64,000 nt of DNA, from NCBI GenBank assembly GCA_000708835.1, contig DF236974.1, positions 236,626-300,625 of the forward strand, read 5' to 3'. The translations under genes and the position numbers were made by a program. Origin of the DNA: Klebsormidium nitens (lineage: Eukaryota; Plantae; Klebsormidiophyceae). The notes below the pieces were generated by a model. That model saw only the letters and a program-made list of their open reading frames with translations. It searched no databases and had not been told where the DNA came from. The first letter of the stretch is position 1, and every line of letters starts with the position of its first letter. This document shows, one piece after another, positions 23,801-36,900 of this stretch.

Positions 23801-26800
23801 CTTCTGCATGGGCCTCCAGGGCGACCTCGAGGGGGAGTTCCCTGCCTGCCTCGAGGAGGGGGGGGCGAGGCCCACGCCGGGCCCGGATGCCGGAACGAGC
23901 CGGACCAACTACACGTTTGTGTTTCCGCAGAGTGAGCCCACATCTGATCATCCTTTTCGAGAAGACGGTGACTTGTTTCTATTTCTTGAAGTTGGGCAAT
24001 GAAGTCGAGCGCGTGATGACATTGGCGCGCTTGTTTTGTTCTTCGAGCGACACTCTGTACCCTGTGAATTCTGGCAACTGGGTGAAATCTCCAGTGGTTA
24101 ACGGCTTTCCTTGCCGCAGTCTGTTGCATCCGACAGAACGGCACGAATTTCGACTAAGCTGTACGCGAACTTTTGGTTCTTGAATGAGGCCACTCTTCAC
24201 AAATGGCCGGGGCCCGGCGCTTCAATAATCAGCTGCACTTGAGGATCATTTGACGTGTACGCTTCCCACTTCTGTCGCCGCAACAAGCAGTTTGAACGAG
24301 ACAAAAGCGAGACATATTATGTGTCCCTTCGTTTGGCACTCCCTCCGCCTCCGTGTCCATACAAATCTACCTTCCTTTTCCCAGTACCTTTCCCACATTC
24401 CCTGGAACTCAACGCTCCAATATCTCTGATCCTGCAGCCACCGTCCTCGAGGGAGGCTCCACTCTCCTGTGGCCCCTCTGGCTGCACGCGCGTGACGTAG
24501 GCACCCTCCAGTTCCACACCCTTCTCTACTACGAGCCGGGCCCCCCCGGCCCGGTCATGAAGTACCGCACCGCGCGTGTCACCAGCAGCATCCACGTGGC
24601 ACCCTCCCTGGCCGTCGGGGTGAAGCTGACGCTCAGCCCCGCGCGGTTGGACCGACACCTGCTCTGGCTCGACGTCGAGAACAAGCATGCGCAGGTTCGT
24701 AGTCGCTTTGCAGTTGCTCTTTGGTATCCCCTCTTTATCCAGCTTATAATCCACCTCTTTCTGACGTTCTCGGTTCTGGCGTTCTCGGTAAGAATATCAG
24801 TGACGCTGCCTTGGGATCAGGGCACTAGCTGAAAGTGTTCTGCAAATCACGGAAGGTCTTCTTTGCCGTGCATTGCATTCGATCCAAGCTGCCAGCACAC
24901 GAGCTTCCTTGTCGTTTGAGTTCGGCTGAGGCTGTCATCGGCTGACCATTCTGAAACTCTACATGAGGACGTCTTCAAGAGCGGCCTGTCTTTGAGCATC
25001 CTTACTCCTCTGCTTGGCTTTCGCAAATCCTGATCAAACGCCTAGGTTCTTTGGAACCGCGAGGAGAAGATGCCACTTTCACGCTCTATTTACATTTGCT
25101 ACCCCCTTCAATACTCTCTGTGAAATGACCACGTTCTCCGCTCTTCCAGGAAACATTCACGCTGCGCCAGGTGTCATGCGCCGGGGCCCACTGGCGCCTC
25201 TCCCCCCTCCAATCCCCGGGGGGCTCTCGCCTGGCCACTCTCGCCCCCTCCCAGGCAACGTCCCTCCTTTTCCACATCGAAGCGTCCGCAGAAAGCCGGT
25301 CACCGGGCGAGCCGTCCGGGAAAAGTGCGTCGGAAGACGGGCAGTTCAAGAGCACGGTGCGGTTGGACAGCGCCGAGACTGGGGGCGCGATCGACGTGTC
25401 TTCGGGGCCGTTGCTGAGGTTTCACGCCAGAGAGCGGTGGCTGCAGAGCGACACAGCGGCGGTGGGGTCGAAGCCGCAGGTGGGCGGCTCTGCTCTATGT
25501 TCGTTCTTTTGGACTGAAGAATGGTCGATCGGTTGACGCTTCTGTTAGCTTCTTGCCTTCCATGCTTAGCAACCATCTCATCCAGAGTTCCCCACGTCGA
25601 CAAGTCGGCTTTTGACGACTCACGTCGTCTCGATGTGCAGAGTCGTTCGGCCTACTTGCCAGACACAGCTTGTCGAGCCGTAGATACCTCAGGCTGCTTT
25701 TGGCCGAAAAAGGAAAGTGTCTTCTGCTGAGCAGTGTTCTTGTTTCCTTTCTGCAGCCTCGCCGCAGCAGTGTGGATCCTCCGGGGCCCGTCCCCGAGTC
25801 GTCACCCCTCGATGTCATCCTGGTGTGGGAGCAGCAGGAGCGGCGCAAGAGCATCTCAGCCGTCGAGGACCCCGCCAGGATTGGCTCCTTCCACATCTGC
25901 CACCAAAGGTAGGCTACCGTGGAAACCTATCTGGTTTCTTCATCACGGACCGGATCCGCTCCCAAAATGTCACGTGTCTTCTGGAGGAACTGTGACGGCC
26001 CTCCAAAACTTGAACTTTTCTGGAACATTTCATTCTCTTCTCATAGTGGACTAGTCCTAATGTTGGAGACAAAAATCCTGCACACACGTTTGAGCATCGT
26101 GCTGGCCGGGGCCAAATCCTCGGCGTGTCCGGTTGACCGGTAAAGTGGGCTCACATCCGAAAACTTTCTTGAAAACGCAGTTTCGGCGCCCAAGACACTT
26201 CAGATTCGTTCACAAAGCACAGCAAGTGACTACAAACAAAGGCCCTGTTTTTCACGCTTCACCCCACGCTTGTGCAGTCTCAAGGGCCTGTCCCCCGTGC
26301 GATGGCTCCTCACGGGACCTCCCTCCCCCGTGCTCGCCTCCTTCGCCTCATCTCCGCTCGTGGAGATCCCCCTCTCCCTCCGCGTCCGAAACTGCGCCCC
26401 GGCCCTCGCCACCGTCCGAATCGAGGTCCTCGACCCGTCGTCCGAACCGTCAAAATCGGACCCGGGGGGCTGGTTCTGCCCCCCAATTCTTCCCTCGCCC
26501 TCGAGCACTGGTGACGTGGTCAGCACACTTGGCGCCTCGGGCTCGCCAGCGGCCGGGGGGGATCCCCCAACCGAAGACCAGCCTTGCGGGACCACCCCCT
26601 GCCCGCCGTACATCTGGTCGGGAACCACTTCCCGAGTGGTGGAAGACTTGCGGCCGGGGGACGAGGCCGCCGTGTCGCTGAGCGCCGCGGTGTTTGCGCC
26701 CGGGGTGTATGACGTGACCAAGTACCGGGTGAGTTGGACGCTGAAGCCGTTGCCGCCCACCACTGAGGAGGTGACACCTGGCGCGGACGCGGCGCGGCCG

Positions 26801-27076
26801 TCGGGCCTGCCACCCCGGCCGAAAAGCGCGACGCCGGCTGCGAAAGCGCAGAGTAGCGCCTCAGGGACCCAAGCGAGGGGCGGTGCCGATAGATGGGGAG
26901 CTGATGCCGGCCAAAATTTAGGGGCCGGGAGTTTGGGCGGGTTTGAGAAAGAGGGCAGCGGATTGGGACAGACTTGGTTGCTTGTCGTGAAAGAAGACAG
27001 CAGTGCTTCCCAGCCACCTGAACTTAGCCGTCAGCAAACGCCTGTCTCAAGTCCCGAGAACCTTCTGGATATTTGA
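11862..27076 (+). CDS. TRAPPC8: Trafficking protein particle complex subunit 8 (TRAPPIII Trs85)
   Basis: 18 phase-compatible exons: 11862-12015, 12690-12784, 13349-13448, 14273-14540, 15075-15384, 16102-16356, 16855-17061, 17572-17703, 18674-18895, 20879-20983, 21425-21569, 22110-22272, 22671-23166, 23676-23931, 24438-24694, 25150-25479, 25757-25908, 26278-27076. Motifs match plant TRS85 as recalled: TPVVMVL..NGLSFVDLIRPF; VPVRTASEQPYR; FSEHEAVDHPVACLLVV; VSATRKGLKNQLKN; EAQIRLLGDLAFMLRDYELAL; MWRKFGFNMVLAG; VDVEFSNPLQL. Confidence 0.96.
13950..14215 (+). repeat. Two copies of the acceptor and start of TRAPPC8 exon 14273
   Basis: ctgcag|tggccaacagcgac(t/c)cccc.gggcactg at 13958 and 14100 versus the real exon at 14273. 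The intron-end motif aacgtaacact..acgtta is also repeated. Confidence 0.92.
19499..19536 (+). promoter_or_regulatory. Candidate USE-like and TATA-like elements of the U2 snRNA promoter
   Basis: gacccacgacg (19499-19509) matches 8 of 11 positions of the plant USE RTCCCACATCG. tacataaa (19529-19536) lies about 30 nt upstream of the U2 start. Confidence 0.45.
19561..19752 (+). ncRNA. U2: U2 spliceosomal snRNA, nested in the TRAPPC8 intron 18896-20878
   Basis: Starts ATACCTTTCTCGGCCTTTTGGCTAAGATCAAGTGTAGTATCTGTTCT, the plant U2 5' end with branch-site recognition GTGTAGTA. Stem IIa AATTAG/CTAATT, stem IIb TCTAACTC/GAGTTAGA, Sm-like ATTTTTC, stem III GGATGACC/GGTCATCC, stem IV loop ATTGCACTAC. 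The 3' end is approximate. Confidence 0.95.
23335..23588 (+). repeat. Copies of the start of TRAPPC8 exon 23676
   Basis: About 70 nt at 23519 (gtgacgatgcaccagctgccagagacgctccatcacggagagccgcggcggctggtcctgcagctgtcc) match exon 23676, preceded by CAT instead of CAG. An older copy lies near 23335-23402. Confidence 0.88.
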
Positions 27077-28128
27077 GGAGGCGTTCTCGAACAGATTGTT
27101 GTCGAAAAGAGGCTCGTATTGCCAATCAATGCTTCACAGGGCGTCGATTCTGAAGGTGCTTCACCAACTGCAGATCATCAACCAGTGTCCATATTTACTT
27201 AGTGTGATTGTCAACCTTCGATTCTCCAGTGGGCGTGGATGTGGCTGCATGACGGTATGTTAATCGGCATCGGTTGTTGTGTCATCATATTGAACAAGGT
27301 CAGTCAACTCTTGCATCCCGTTGTTACGATTTTTGGCTTCCAAGTCCTTAACACGACAAGCTCACACTCGTGCACAGCAGTTATAGATACGGTCTAGAAA
27401 ATTGGCGGCCGAGAAATCTTCATGCACGCATGTGATGGCGCCGGACAGTGCTGACTATTGTTTACAATCACATGCAATGGACTCAAAAGCCCGGCGTGAC
27501 CGCGCCTAGCGCCATCGACAAGCGCGATCGTATATTAAGGTTATACACAAACAATATGCAAGACCCGGAATTCCATATGTAGCGCTAGCTCACCTCGAAT
27601 GCATGCGCGCGTATAGTAAGTTGACGGATGGCCGGGTCTTCTATATATAGCTCGAGAATAGACCGGCCAAGAATGTAGCCAGTGACGGTAGGTGTACTCA
27701 TTGTGCAGGTCATGCAAACGTGCTGCGAGCCGCCGCTGATCATAATTTGAGTTGATTTGTGGACGGTCGAATGGCGAGGAGCAGCTGCCCTACCTGAAAG
27801 GAGGGCTTACCGGCCAGCTTGCGACGAATTGATGTTGATAATACTGTGAAATTCGCAGCTAGCGCTCGATCATCAGCCCGTCACTTCGCGATTAGAGTCA
27901 ACTTAATCGAGAATACAAGCTTAAGTGAGGAGGCTGCGCACCTTCGCAACCTTTGGCCTTCTACCAGTAGTGTACGCGCAACCCTTTTTTGGGATCCTTC
28001 TGATGCCCTCACTTATGCGGAGCTCACTTCGTTGTAGAGTTCTGCGTGTCGAGTGGATGCTGAGGCTTCTCCGTGGCGTATTTGTAGCGCTAGGAGCTGA
28101 GGTGCTTGCAGGTACGCTTTCACCAGCC

Positions 28129-29222
28129 ATGGCGGCCGTCACTGCCCGCCGCCTCCTTGCATGCGCGCCTCCGGTCTTCCTGTGCGCGGCCTGCTTGCTC
28201 TTGCGCACCTTCCTGCTCGCGCGCTTTCTGGAAGGGAGCCACGCAGCTGAGAGCAACAGCAGCTGCGATTCTGCCCTCTCGGTCCACACCCACCTCTTCT
28301 ATCCGCTGAGACCCATCTTCGAGGCCGGGGTGAACCACCCTGCGGGTCTGCTCGTAGTCGGGGAGCTTTTCCTTCTGGTCTTTGTCTTCGCGCTTCTGGC
28401 TGGCGTCGAGTCTTGCAGAATGCGCGCGCGCCTGTCTTTGAAGCTTGGTGCATTCCACCAACTCCAGAACCTTGCAGCAGCCTTCACTAGCTGCATGGCG
28501 TTCTGCATAGTCTTCCTGCCATACTATCTGCTCAGCGGAGGAGAACTAGATCGGCGCGTTCAGTATGTAGAGAGTAACAGGCTAAGGCCGCGCATGATCG
28601 AGGTCTGGCCCGAGGTCGCCCTTTATGTCCTAGAGCCTTCTGCCGTAGCCCTTACTTGCGCCCTGAGCAGTAATCCCTTTGGCATTACGTTAGGATTGTT
28701 AGTCGCTTCGACCGCGCTGGCATTCTACTTCTGCAACATCTCGTGGGACAGCGTGTGTTTCAAATTGAGCGAAAATCGTTTTATCCCGAAAAAGAAAAAT
28801 GAATAAAATCAAAAAACACACCCCCCAGCTCACCCCAAGCGATCGAAGAAGTGGCAGGCATTCGATATCAGATTTCGATCGCGTTCACCTTATTATGGCG
28901 TCTCTTTACGCTACGGCTCCTTTTCAAAGACCCTTCGCTCCTGTTCCAAGTCCTTGCAGTCGTGATGGGGAGAGCAGGCTTTGGGACTTCGGAGATAGCA
29001 CTCTTGTTCTTCTTGATTGATTTGGTCGGCCTTACGCTGTATGTCACCTACTTTGCGCTGCTTGAGGACGGCCCTTCGGTGGGGCTGTGCACGCTTGTGG
29101 CGGCGCTGACTGTCCTGGGACCAGCACCGACGCTCGCAGTTTACTGCGCTTATCGGGAGAAGAAGATTGCGAAATCAATGGTAATAAGCTGGGACCGGAG
29201 GTTTGCGGCAAGGGCAGCTTGA
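28129..29222 (+). CDS. Uncharacterised multipass membrane protein
   Basis: ORF 27925-28806 (likely ATG 28129) and ORF 28851-29222 both consist of alternating hydrophobic segments. They join in frame by a putative intron 28753-28871 (GTGTGT..CAG), which has a weak polypyrimidine tract. Confidence 0.6.
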
Positions 29223-30538
29223 TGTGAATTTGTAGGAAGGTACTGGTTGCTGTTACACAGCACTACAAGTTATCTAGAAGGTGACTCCCGTGATGGGCAA
29301 TTCTGCCTTCGAGAATAAAGATGTGTCAACTTGGTGGGCAATCGGGCGTTGTTCTGGTGCACTGTTTAGAGCTCGGTCACTCATCTGGAATCCGTTTAGC
29401 CAGATTAGATCTGTGAATTCAAAGGTGAGAGAAAGGTTCGTCATGTCAACCAATCGGTGCCTGCACCCTTCGTCGTGCACAATCTACTCGTTTGGTGTTC
29501 GTGTCACATTGAGGCTGACCAAAAGGCTTTGGACTTCATGTTGGTCGGAAAGGCTTAGGCACGGTCACCAACTAACATCAGCTGCCGACCATGCCTTCCT
29601 GCGGTCCACTTGCTGTGACGTATTTGGCCTTCCAATTAAAGTTGCAACTTTGCATACTGGCATTTCCATATGTCAGTAGCCTAAGGGTGAAGTGATCGTA
29701 AATGTTGGCAGCAGTTTTGCGTTGCATCCACCAAGGAGCTTAGTTGTTGACGCGGACGGTTGCGGACCTCATGGGAAGTTGTAGTGCATGTTCGCAAAAC
29801 AGCCGAACGGCGAAGTTAACCATATTCTCCTGGCATTCGTTAGATGGACATGCCTCCATGTCTCGTACTCGTCTCGTAAAGCCCGCATAGCCGCATATCG
29901 AAGCAGAGAGGGGCGTGCCGAATGATGGCAATCAGTGGCCCTAGAGCATATGCATCTACTCTTCGTACGCGCGATAAGTGTTTGATAAAAGCCCCCGTGA
30001 TGGCGCTGCAACTAGCCGCCCCAGGAGTGCTGAATAATGGAAGCAACTATCTCGCAGTCTCGACACTCGGCGACGCATGTACTTTGTATTCCACGTCGTG
30101 ACTACACCAGGAGATGTCACGATTACCTACGTGTATCATCCGACTTTGCGCCTGAAACTCTGAGTACTGACTTCCATCATAGAGGGCGCAGCCCGAGTTG
30201 CCTGATCTTGTTGCGGCTATTTGTTTGCGCTTCAAGTTTCTGCATCCATGTAGCTACTGTTTGGCAAGAACGCCTGATTCAGCAGTCTGGCGATGTGTCA
30301 TAGCCGCATGCTATTTGTCATTCAAGCCATGGACATGGACAGAGATAGAGAGAAAGACCACCTCAATGGAGGCTATCAGCCGCTAATTTATACCTAGACA
30401 TGATAGCTAAATTTGTAGCGGCCGCGCAGCCCGCGCGCCCCCCCTCCGACCATAAATTGCGGGGTTTTTGGGGAGGTTCAGCGACTTCCTCTTCGACATA
30501 CCTATACGCCCGCGGGCCGCGGCCCACCGTCCTGACGT

Positions 30539-30564
30539 CTACAGGCTACAGCTGTAGCCTGTAG
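30539..30564. repeat. Perfect 26-bp palindrome upstream of FANCJ
   Basis: CTACAGGCTACAG|CTGTAGCCTGTAG is exactly self-complementary. A 12-bp palindrome GGGCCGCGGCCC lies just upstream. Confidence 0.95.
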
Positions 30565-30972
30565 CAGGGTATTGACTTACCGCAGAGGAGGCCTTGCCTT
30601 TGAATTCGAAGTAATACGGTATCATAGCCATGACTGCCCTGACATCACCATTGGCATCAGCTCAGGCATGGCGCATCCTGCACAATCTCTTGGGCCGCAT
30701 TGTTCAAAGGACGGGCCAGAGCCCAGGATTGGCAACAACTTTCTGAGAGCGCGGCTCGAAGCTTTGACAAAAACCAAGCCAGGCTGGGAGCAGCACTAGA
30801 CTGAAGATAGGGTGAAGCAGTCAACCGCGATATCCACTTATGCAGTGATTCCTGGAAGAGTATGAACTAGCTTGGGTTTGCAGCGGAATCGGAAGCATCA
30901 TCAAGGAGGCAATGTAAGCCCAATGCAAAAGTAAGAAGGTGCTTCGAAAGAAGGCCTTTGCAAGATTTAGCA

Positions 30973-33900
30973 ATGGCCCGGTTCAAGTCCACCCTTGAAA
31001 GGCAGAATGTTTACAAGATTGCGGGCTTTGACGTCCAGTTCCCAATGAAGCCTTATGGGCCCCAATTCACTTTCATGCACAAGATGCTCACAACCCTAGA
31101 ACTTTCAAAAACATCCAGCTCCGCGAATGCACTGCTGGAGTCACCTACTGGCACTGGGAAGTCGCTCGCGCTGCTCTGTGCAGCGTTAGCTTGGCAGCAG
31201 CATTGTAAGCAGCATGGGTGTCCTCCACCTGTTCCACCAGCAGGTAGTACAGAAGCTGGGCAATGCGCTGACCCTCAAGCAGCTATGCAAAGTGGAGGAG
31301 GTTTTTTACCAGGTGAGGTGGAGCTCTTGGATGTTGAGAGGGCGTGTCCTGAATGGATACGCAGGACAAATGCATTTCCCAGGATGGAGATTTGAGCTGA
31401 AAGCAGCTTTTCAAGGATTAGGGTTTCGTACTCTCGACAACAAAGACACTGCCCTCAGGCTGGATTGTCTAGATATGCACCACCGCACTTGAGAAAATCA
31501 TCTCCATACGGTGGTGCAGATCTCAATGCACCTCCTGCTGAAGAAGGTGGTGTCCCTGACCTATCAGATAAGGTCAAGCAAGCTGCCAAGAAGGATGCCA
31601 GCAAGTCCATCCCGAAGATCTACTATGCAACGTAAGCAGAGGGATTACTGATTGTGTGCAACAAGTGGTGGTGCAAAGTCTTCGCAAAACCTTCAGCATA
31701 TTTTCCTGCATGCAGATTCGTTACGTCGAACAAGATATTGGAATTAGATAAAAGCGCTACCTCGAAGTAAGGCTTGACCTGATGTTTCGGAAAAAGTTTA
31801 TCTTCTTGGATCTGGTATTCTTCATAGGTTTTGCCTCTCTTGACAAGGTACAAAAGTTTCGTTGTTCTCACTTATGCTTCAACTCATTGCAGGAGAACTC
31901 ACTCGCAAGTGAGCCAGGTGGTCCGGGAGCTATCAAAAACTGGGTATCGAACACCGATGGCTATCCTTGTGAGTGGCAGCTTCCTGAGTGCTCTTTGGGT
32001 GCTCAGTTGATGCCAATTGATCTCTTGCACAGCCTGGTTCAGAAGCTGTGAACGTTAATTCACCAATCCCTCCAGCAATGATAAGATCCCGGTCATAAGT
32101 GCTGCAAACGCTGCCACTTACAGTGGCCAAATGAATCTCTTCAGGCCGCACGAAAACACTACTGTACTCACAAGACCATCTCCAAACGGAAGGACATCAA
32201 CGAAGAATGGTAGGTATATTCTACCACCAACTAGGGCTTTACAAAGGTGAATGCAACAGAAGTTGATGTGTAAGAAGGTCGGTATGAGCTTGGTGCGCTT
32301 TTGATTTGTGCTGGATCACAGGCTAGCTTGTCTGAGCAGATTCCTGATCTGACAATGAAGCTTCCGCTGAGTCGCTTGCTTCTTTTCTTCTGCAGCAAGA
32401 ACCTCCTGCTTGAACCAAACGGCTGCTCTTACAACCGGTAAGCCTATAACCAAGCATGATATCTGTCATTTGAAGAACTCCTAGCTTGTTTTAGACCGAA
32501 ATGCGATACGAATTTCGGCCGGCCAGCATGAATCAACTACCCTGCACAGCAGAGTCGAGGACCTTCGAAGAAGAATCCCAAATACCATGAGTTGACTTGG
32601 ATCTATCCTCAGGAACATGTCAAAAGTCAAGACGCACCCGTCTCTTCAGCATGGGGCTGTCAACGAGATTCATGACATAGAAGATCTGGTCAAGATTGGA
32701 AAGCAAGTCAAAGGTGAGTTGCACAAGATCGCAAATGTAACATAATAGAGATGCTTAGACGCTCGTATGAGCCGCAAGTAGAGCAGTATCCTGGGACGCC
32801 CCTCTGGCTCTGATTGTGGATATACATTTCGAAAGTCTTAATGATCAAGGCCCTACCATCGATGTCCACAATAATGGGGAACAAGCATTGATGCCATTCC
32901 CATGCTGACGTTGCAGGGTGCTCTTACTTCGCTTCCAGAGCGCTGGCAGCAGAAGCTTCGATCGTCTTTTGCCCTTACAACTACATCATTGATCCTGGTG
33001 AGCTTAAGTGACCAAGCTTGCACTTTATGCATTGGAAAAAGATGTATCGCCCCTTCTATTTCATGAGTGCAGTTCTTCTGAGTGCTTATCGTACGTAGTA
33101 GGTACACTTAAGGATCTGGTGACGGGAATTCCTTAAGTCCCTTAAGGGCTTCTCCTTGCCAAAGTTTAAAATTCAGGGCTGAGATGAAATTGTCCATCGT
33201 TTCATGCAGTGATCAGGAAAGCCATGGAGATGGACATCAAAAACTCCATCATCATACTAGATGAGGCGCAGTAAGTTCTCTGAACTCTTCATTGCCTCCA
33301 ATTTCTTCTATGTTCCTTCGATGTTCTAACATCTCCGGCAAGGGGATCTGTAGCTTTTATCATAGACTGTCAAACGGCCTATCATTGAGCACAAGGGGTT
33401 CTTTGAACTGCCGTCTTCCTGATGCAATCCTTGAAGGGGAGACACTGCATCGGGCTCGCCTTGGCTCAGACTCAAAGCTTTTTCTCGCTCTTCCTTTGTG
33501 CAGCAATATAGAGGATGTGGCTCGCGAGGCAGCAAGCACAACTGTGGACCTCGTCGCACTGGACGGTGAGCAGTCTCCCGCTGAACTCGTCAAGTCCAAA
33601 GATCGTCGCAGGTAATACAGTCGCTGTAAGTAATCGCTCCCGTACTCCCAAGACATCCTTGAATCAGAAGCATCATCTGCATTTTCAGGCAGCGGCATAT
33701 TCTTTCTGATAGAGCAATAAACGATCTTTCTTTAACATGCTTAGTCGCCATTTGCAGAGGTGCGCCTCGAGCTGCAGAAGATGGTGCATGAGGAAGGGCA
33801 GATGGAGACGTACCAGCCGCTGATCGACATGACGGAAGGGATCATCTCGTGGATAGAAGAGAAGTCGCAGGGCCTGAAGAAGGACGGTCAAGAGCGCTTC

Positions 33901-36900
33901 TACAACTCGTGAGCATCTTCAGCCTGGCACTTGGGGGTCCACCAAAGGAATTCCTTAGTGGCAAGAGGACTCCTCTTCAGGTGCATGCGATACGTAATCG
34001 TGCGGCCGATGAGGGCCTTCAATCGTCAATCCTCGTTGTGTAACCGATCAAAGTTGAGGTTTCGGTGATCCTGTGTCAGTTACATGCGTGTTGACAGACG
34101 TTTCTGGGTGCCTGCCAAGCCAACAGCTAAACGAGAACCTGCTGTAAGTCGAAACCGAAAGCTCCTCTCAGGTGGTTCGGGGACCGTCTTCTCGTAGAGT
34201 TGGAGGGCGCGGGCGTCCAGCCCCAGTCGCTCAGCATCCTGCTGTCTTGCTTCCAAAAGGTAAGCTCCAGCGGGATACCTGCAAGGCTGCTGTTTTGACC
34301 ACATTTTGCAGCACGAACGAGAGGCTCTGATCTCTCTGACATTTCGGGAGCTTGTAGTCCCAAAAAGAAGGCCTCTTCTCTGGCGCTGCAAAGCCGGAGC
34401 CTGACAACTCCTCGTTCGAATCTGCAGGTCTCTCAGCAAGCTGGGGAGGCCAAACCGGGGGAGTTGCACGTGAACGGGCAGGCGCTTGCGACCTTGGAAG
34501 GTACTTATGGTGGCATCGCATTGGGAGAGTGCTTCTTCCTCAGCCGTCAGCAGAGCAGCTCGGTATCAGAAGCCTATATCAAAGTCGAATTCACATAGGG
34601 TAGCGCTGAATCGGACCAGGGACGTCAAATGTGGTACTTGGACGCCTTCCGTTTCACCAGGAGCAATACCATTGTGATACCATTCCGAATACGCTGGTTG
34701 TGACCATGAGACAAGTCACCTTCCTTTCTTGCTCCGACTGTGACGCTCGCTTCTGCTTTTTGTCTGCAGGTCTTTTCACCAGTCTGAGATTCTTGCTGTC
34801 GAACGAGGCGCGCCGCCTGAACGATTTTTGCATGGTCCTCCAGAAGCTTGTCAAGCGGGGCGAAGGTAAAGCGACGCACAAATCACACCGGGTTGCGCAA
34901 CATTCGCTGTTCGCAGATGCAAAATGCAGCTGTCTGGCGGCCCGGCGGACCGAACTCCAGTGCAATTCTGGAACCTGTGCTCAGTTTATTCTGCTTGTTT
35001 GCAGGGATACGGGGCACTGTGTGGACGACGGAGCTCTCGCTCTGGTGCTTGAACCCAGCGGTGGCCTTTGAAGAGGTCGCTGCAGCTGCCCGGTCCATCG
35101 TCCTAACATCCGGGTAAGAGAACACTGATGAATGCGGCCCTCTCTGGCTGCTCCGCAGGTCAAGTCAATCTGGAAGCTGTCGTCTCTATAACATAATTGC
35201 AGTGCTGGTTTAGGATGCGGGACAAGCAAGGAAAAGCTGGCAAACAGATTCTACTGAAGTGCCACAGTAGAAGCCGGAGTCCATTGGATATACGAAGTTT
35301 AGGCACATGACGCGTCCGCCCCCAAGCCGGTTGACGTATCAAAACCTCTCCATAAGTTAGTCCTTTCCCCTCGGATGCAGTACGCTGTCCCCCATGGACT
35401 CCTTTGAGAAGGAGCTCGGCTGCAAGTTCAGCGTCACCATGGAGGGCTCCCACGTCATCGACATGGACAGGCAGGCAAGTCGGAGATTGCTCTACAAGCC
35501 TCTTTTCGAAGACGTGCTGCCTTTGAACTTGCCTCGTACCTTCTTGCGACTGGGTTTCTGGACGGATTCTTTTACGCCGGTCCAACTCTCAAGGCCAACT
35601 CTCATTGTGAGCAGATTTGGGGCGGCGCCATAGGGGTCGGGCCGAATGACGCTGTCCTGAACGCGAGCTACCGGAGCGCGGACGGAGCGGAGTTCCAAGT
35701 GAAGCCTCTGCCCTCTTTTGATTCCGTCAGAGTGTCATTTCTAGGAGATGGAGATATGGCAGAATATGGACTCGTTACAAGATGCGGGCTTTCTTGTGTC
35801 GCTTCCTCGCAGAACCGGCCTCTCCTTTGCCAACTGTGGATCCTACGAAATCGAGAGAGGTACATCAGCAATTTCAAGAAGATGCATTCGTTCTGCAACA
35901 ATACAGCCAAGCTGATTGTACAGGGATTCGACAGTATCGTAGCTCAGCCATCTGTGCTGGTCATGGTAAGACCGCTTCAAACCATTTGTCATATACACGT
36001 GCTCCTGATTTCAGGACTCTCTCGGCCTTGCGATCGAAGAGTGCGCTCGCATCGTACCCGACGGCCTCCTCATCTTCTTCCCGAGTTACAAGCTCATGGA
36101 GAAACTGTCCGCACGCTGGAAGTCCACCGGCCAGTGGAAGAGGATCAACAAACAGAAGCCTATCTACTCAGGTAAAGCGCGCGGAATGCGAGTTTCTGAT
36201 TTCAACTATGAGAACTCAGGTCGCCCTCTTATGGACGCTGAGTCGATCTGCTGAGATTATTGGAGGTCTTGCAAATGGCTCCTCCTCTAGACGGCACACC
36301 GGAATGAAAGAAAGCAGCACTTCCTGCCAAAGTAGAGAATTCGGCACCGTTACAATTTTTGTCAAGATTTAGATACTGAACCGTTACCTTCTGCTGTGGC
36401 GCCTCGTGATCTGAAGCGGCAATGTCCACTTGGATACTGTGCAGAGACGCGCGGCAGTGACGACCAGTTCGAAAAGGTGCTCGCCGGCTACTACAGCACG
36501 ATCAAGAAGGTGCAGAAGCGCCGCGCGCAGGCTGCTTCTCCTGAGGAGGACGCGGATCCTGACAAGAACATTAGCGGCGCCATCTTTCTCGCGGTTTGTC
36601 GGGGCAAGGTGAGGAATCGAAACGACCGATCTTCCTCCGCTCTCGCCGCTTTTCTCGTGCTGGATCATCATGTTCTCAATACGTGACACGGTTGATGGGC
36701 ACCACCACTTTTAGGTTCATTATGCTAGACCCTGAAGCATATCAAGCGCTGCGAACGAAGTTGTTGCCGACAAGCTTGAGCTTGCGACAATCATACTGAC
36801 ACGCTTGTAATTCACACTTCGTTCTTATCCATGTTCTGGTCGCTTCTGCACACGTCTAACCAGCATCTACTTGATGCAGTGAATGTCAGGAAGGGAAATC

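Noticed and set aside
29230-30380. Short minus-strand ORFs that might form a small gene
   Set aside because: No consistent exon chain or recognisable motif.
33106-33148. TTAA-centred small inverted repeats (acttaagga/tccttaagt, cccttaaggg), with similar words near 4076 and 41140
   Set aside because: Too short, and the orientation does not match piggyBac ends or a clear footprint.
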